Assembly (NCBI GenBank): GCA_964457525.1
Contig: CAYWGS010000055.1
Location: 1 to 6,412, forward strand
Direction of reading: 5' to 3'
Source of the DNA: an uncultured Erysipelotrichaceae bacterium
GTDB taxonomy: Bacteria; Bacillota_I; Bacilli_A; Erysipelotrichales; Erysipelotrichaceae
DNA: 6,412 nt
Shown: piece after piece, positions 6,215-6,412 of the stretch
Layout: each line of letters opens with the position of its first letter
Numbering within the stretch: position 1 is the stretch's first letter
Notes under the pieces: model-generated
Told to the model about the DNA's origin: nothing
Databases searched by the model: none
What the model saw: the letters and a program-made list of their open reading frames with translations, nothing else
Made by a program: the position numbers and the translations under genes

Positions 6215-6412
6215 CTATACCTCCTTTAACCATTCTTCTGCACTTAAAGTACGAATATTCAACTCATTTGCTTTCGCTAGTTTAGATCCAGCCGCTTCTC
6301 CATACACCACTAAGTTCGTCTTTTTAGACACTGAAGATGTAACACTCGCACCTTTAATTCTAAACCATTCTTCGACTTGTTCACGTGTAAAACCAGGAAT
6401 ACTTCCTGTCAC
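6215..6412 (-). CDS. ligA: NAD-dependent DNA ligase, C-terminal BRCT domain only (5' part lies outside the window)
   Basis: [60 protein letters not shown] closely resembles the LigA BRCT consensus (...[28 protein letters not shown]... in E. coli, as I recall it). The leading M in the ORF track is an artefact: the first codon (6410..6412) is an internal GTG, which encodes Val. Confidence 0.93.
   Translation of the reverse strand: MTGSIPGFTREQVEEWFRIKGASVTSSVSKKTNLVVYGEAAGSKLAKANELNIRTLSAEEWLKEV
6220..6225 (-). promoter_or_regulatory. Shine-Dalgarno (AGGAGG) for the CamS-like gene, encoded within the final Lys-Glu-Val codons of ligA
   Basis: The minus strand reads TGGTTAAAGGAGGTATAGTGTG. AGGAGG is followed by a 6-nt spacer that contains the ligA TAG stop (6215..6217), then GTG. 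Confidence 0.8.

Noticed and set aside
1-6412. A hidden novel multi-gene system (defence island, toxin-antitoxin pair, mobile element, CRISPR array, or RNA gene) somewhere in the window
   Set aside because: Minus-strand genes fill all but about 84 nt of the window, and five of the six are confidently housekeeping. I see no integrase or transposase motifs, no terminal or tandem repeat arrays, no spacer-repeat periodicity, and no intergenic region longer than 46 nt. The gene order matches a conserved Bacillota core locus.

Overview
The window is about 97% coding, and every gene is on the minus strand. It is AT-rich (roughly mid-30s %GC by eye, not computed). The genetic code looks standard: all 8 Trp codons are TGG, there is no in-frame TGA, and gatA stops at TGA. 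In transcription order (6412 to 1) the genes are: the 3' end of NAD-dependent DNA ligase ligA (BRCT domain); a CamS/YerH-family lipoprotein; gatC-gatA-gatB (Asp/Glu-tRNA amidotransferase); a 210-aa membrane-anchored protein I cannot assign to any family; and a RumA/RlmCD-type 23S rRNA m5U methyltransferase at 1..1292. That last gene is missing from the supplied ORF track because its stop lies outside the window. I found it by translating the reverse complement by hand. Gene junctions are very tight: a 1-nt gap, a 10-nt gap, direct abutment, a 4-nt ATGA overlap, then 46-nt and 27-nt gaps. This fits one long operon with translational coupling. The order ligA-camS-gatCAB...rlmCD is, as far as I recall, a classic core synteny of Bacillota, so I judge this an ordinary housekeeping region. 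I see no mobile element, CRISPR array, repeat array, RNA gene, leader or riboswitch-sized spacer, or defence or toxin signature, and no evidence of a novel multi-gene system. Three modest items merit a second look: the unassigned 210-aa envelope protein in the gatB-rlmCD slot, a possible pheromone-like peptide in the CamS-like signal sequence, and the weak hairpin with no Shine-Dalgarno (SD) at the rlmCD junction.
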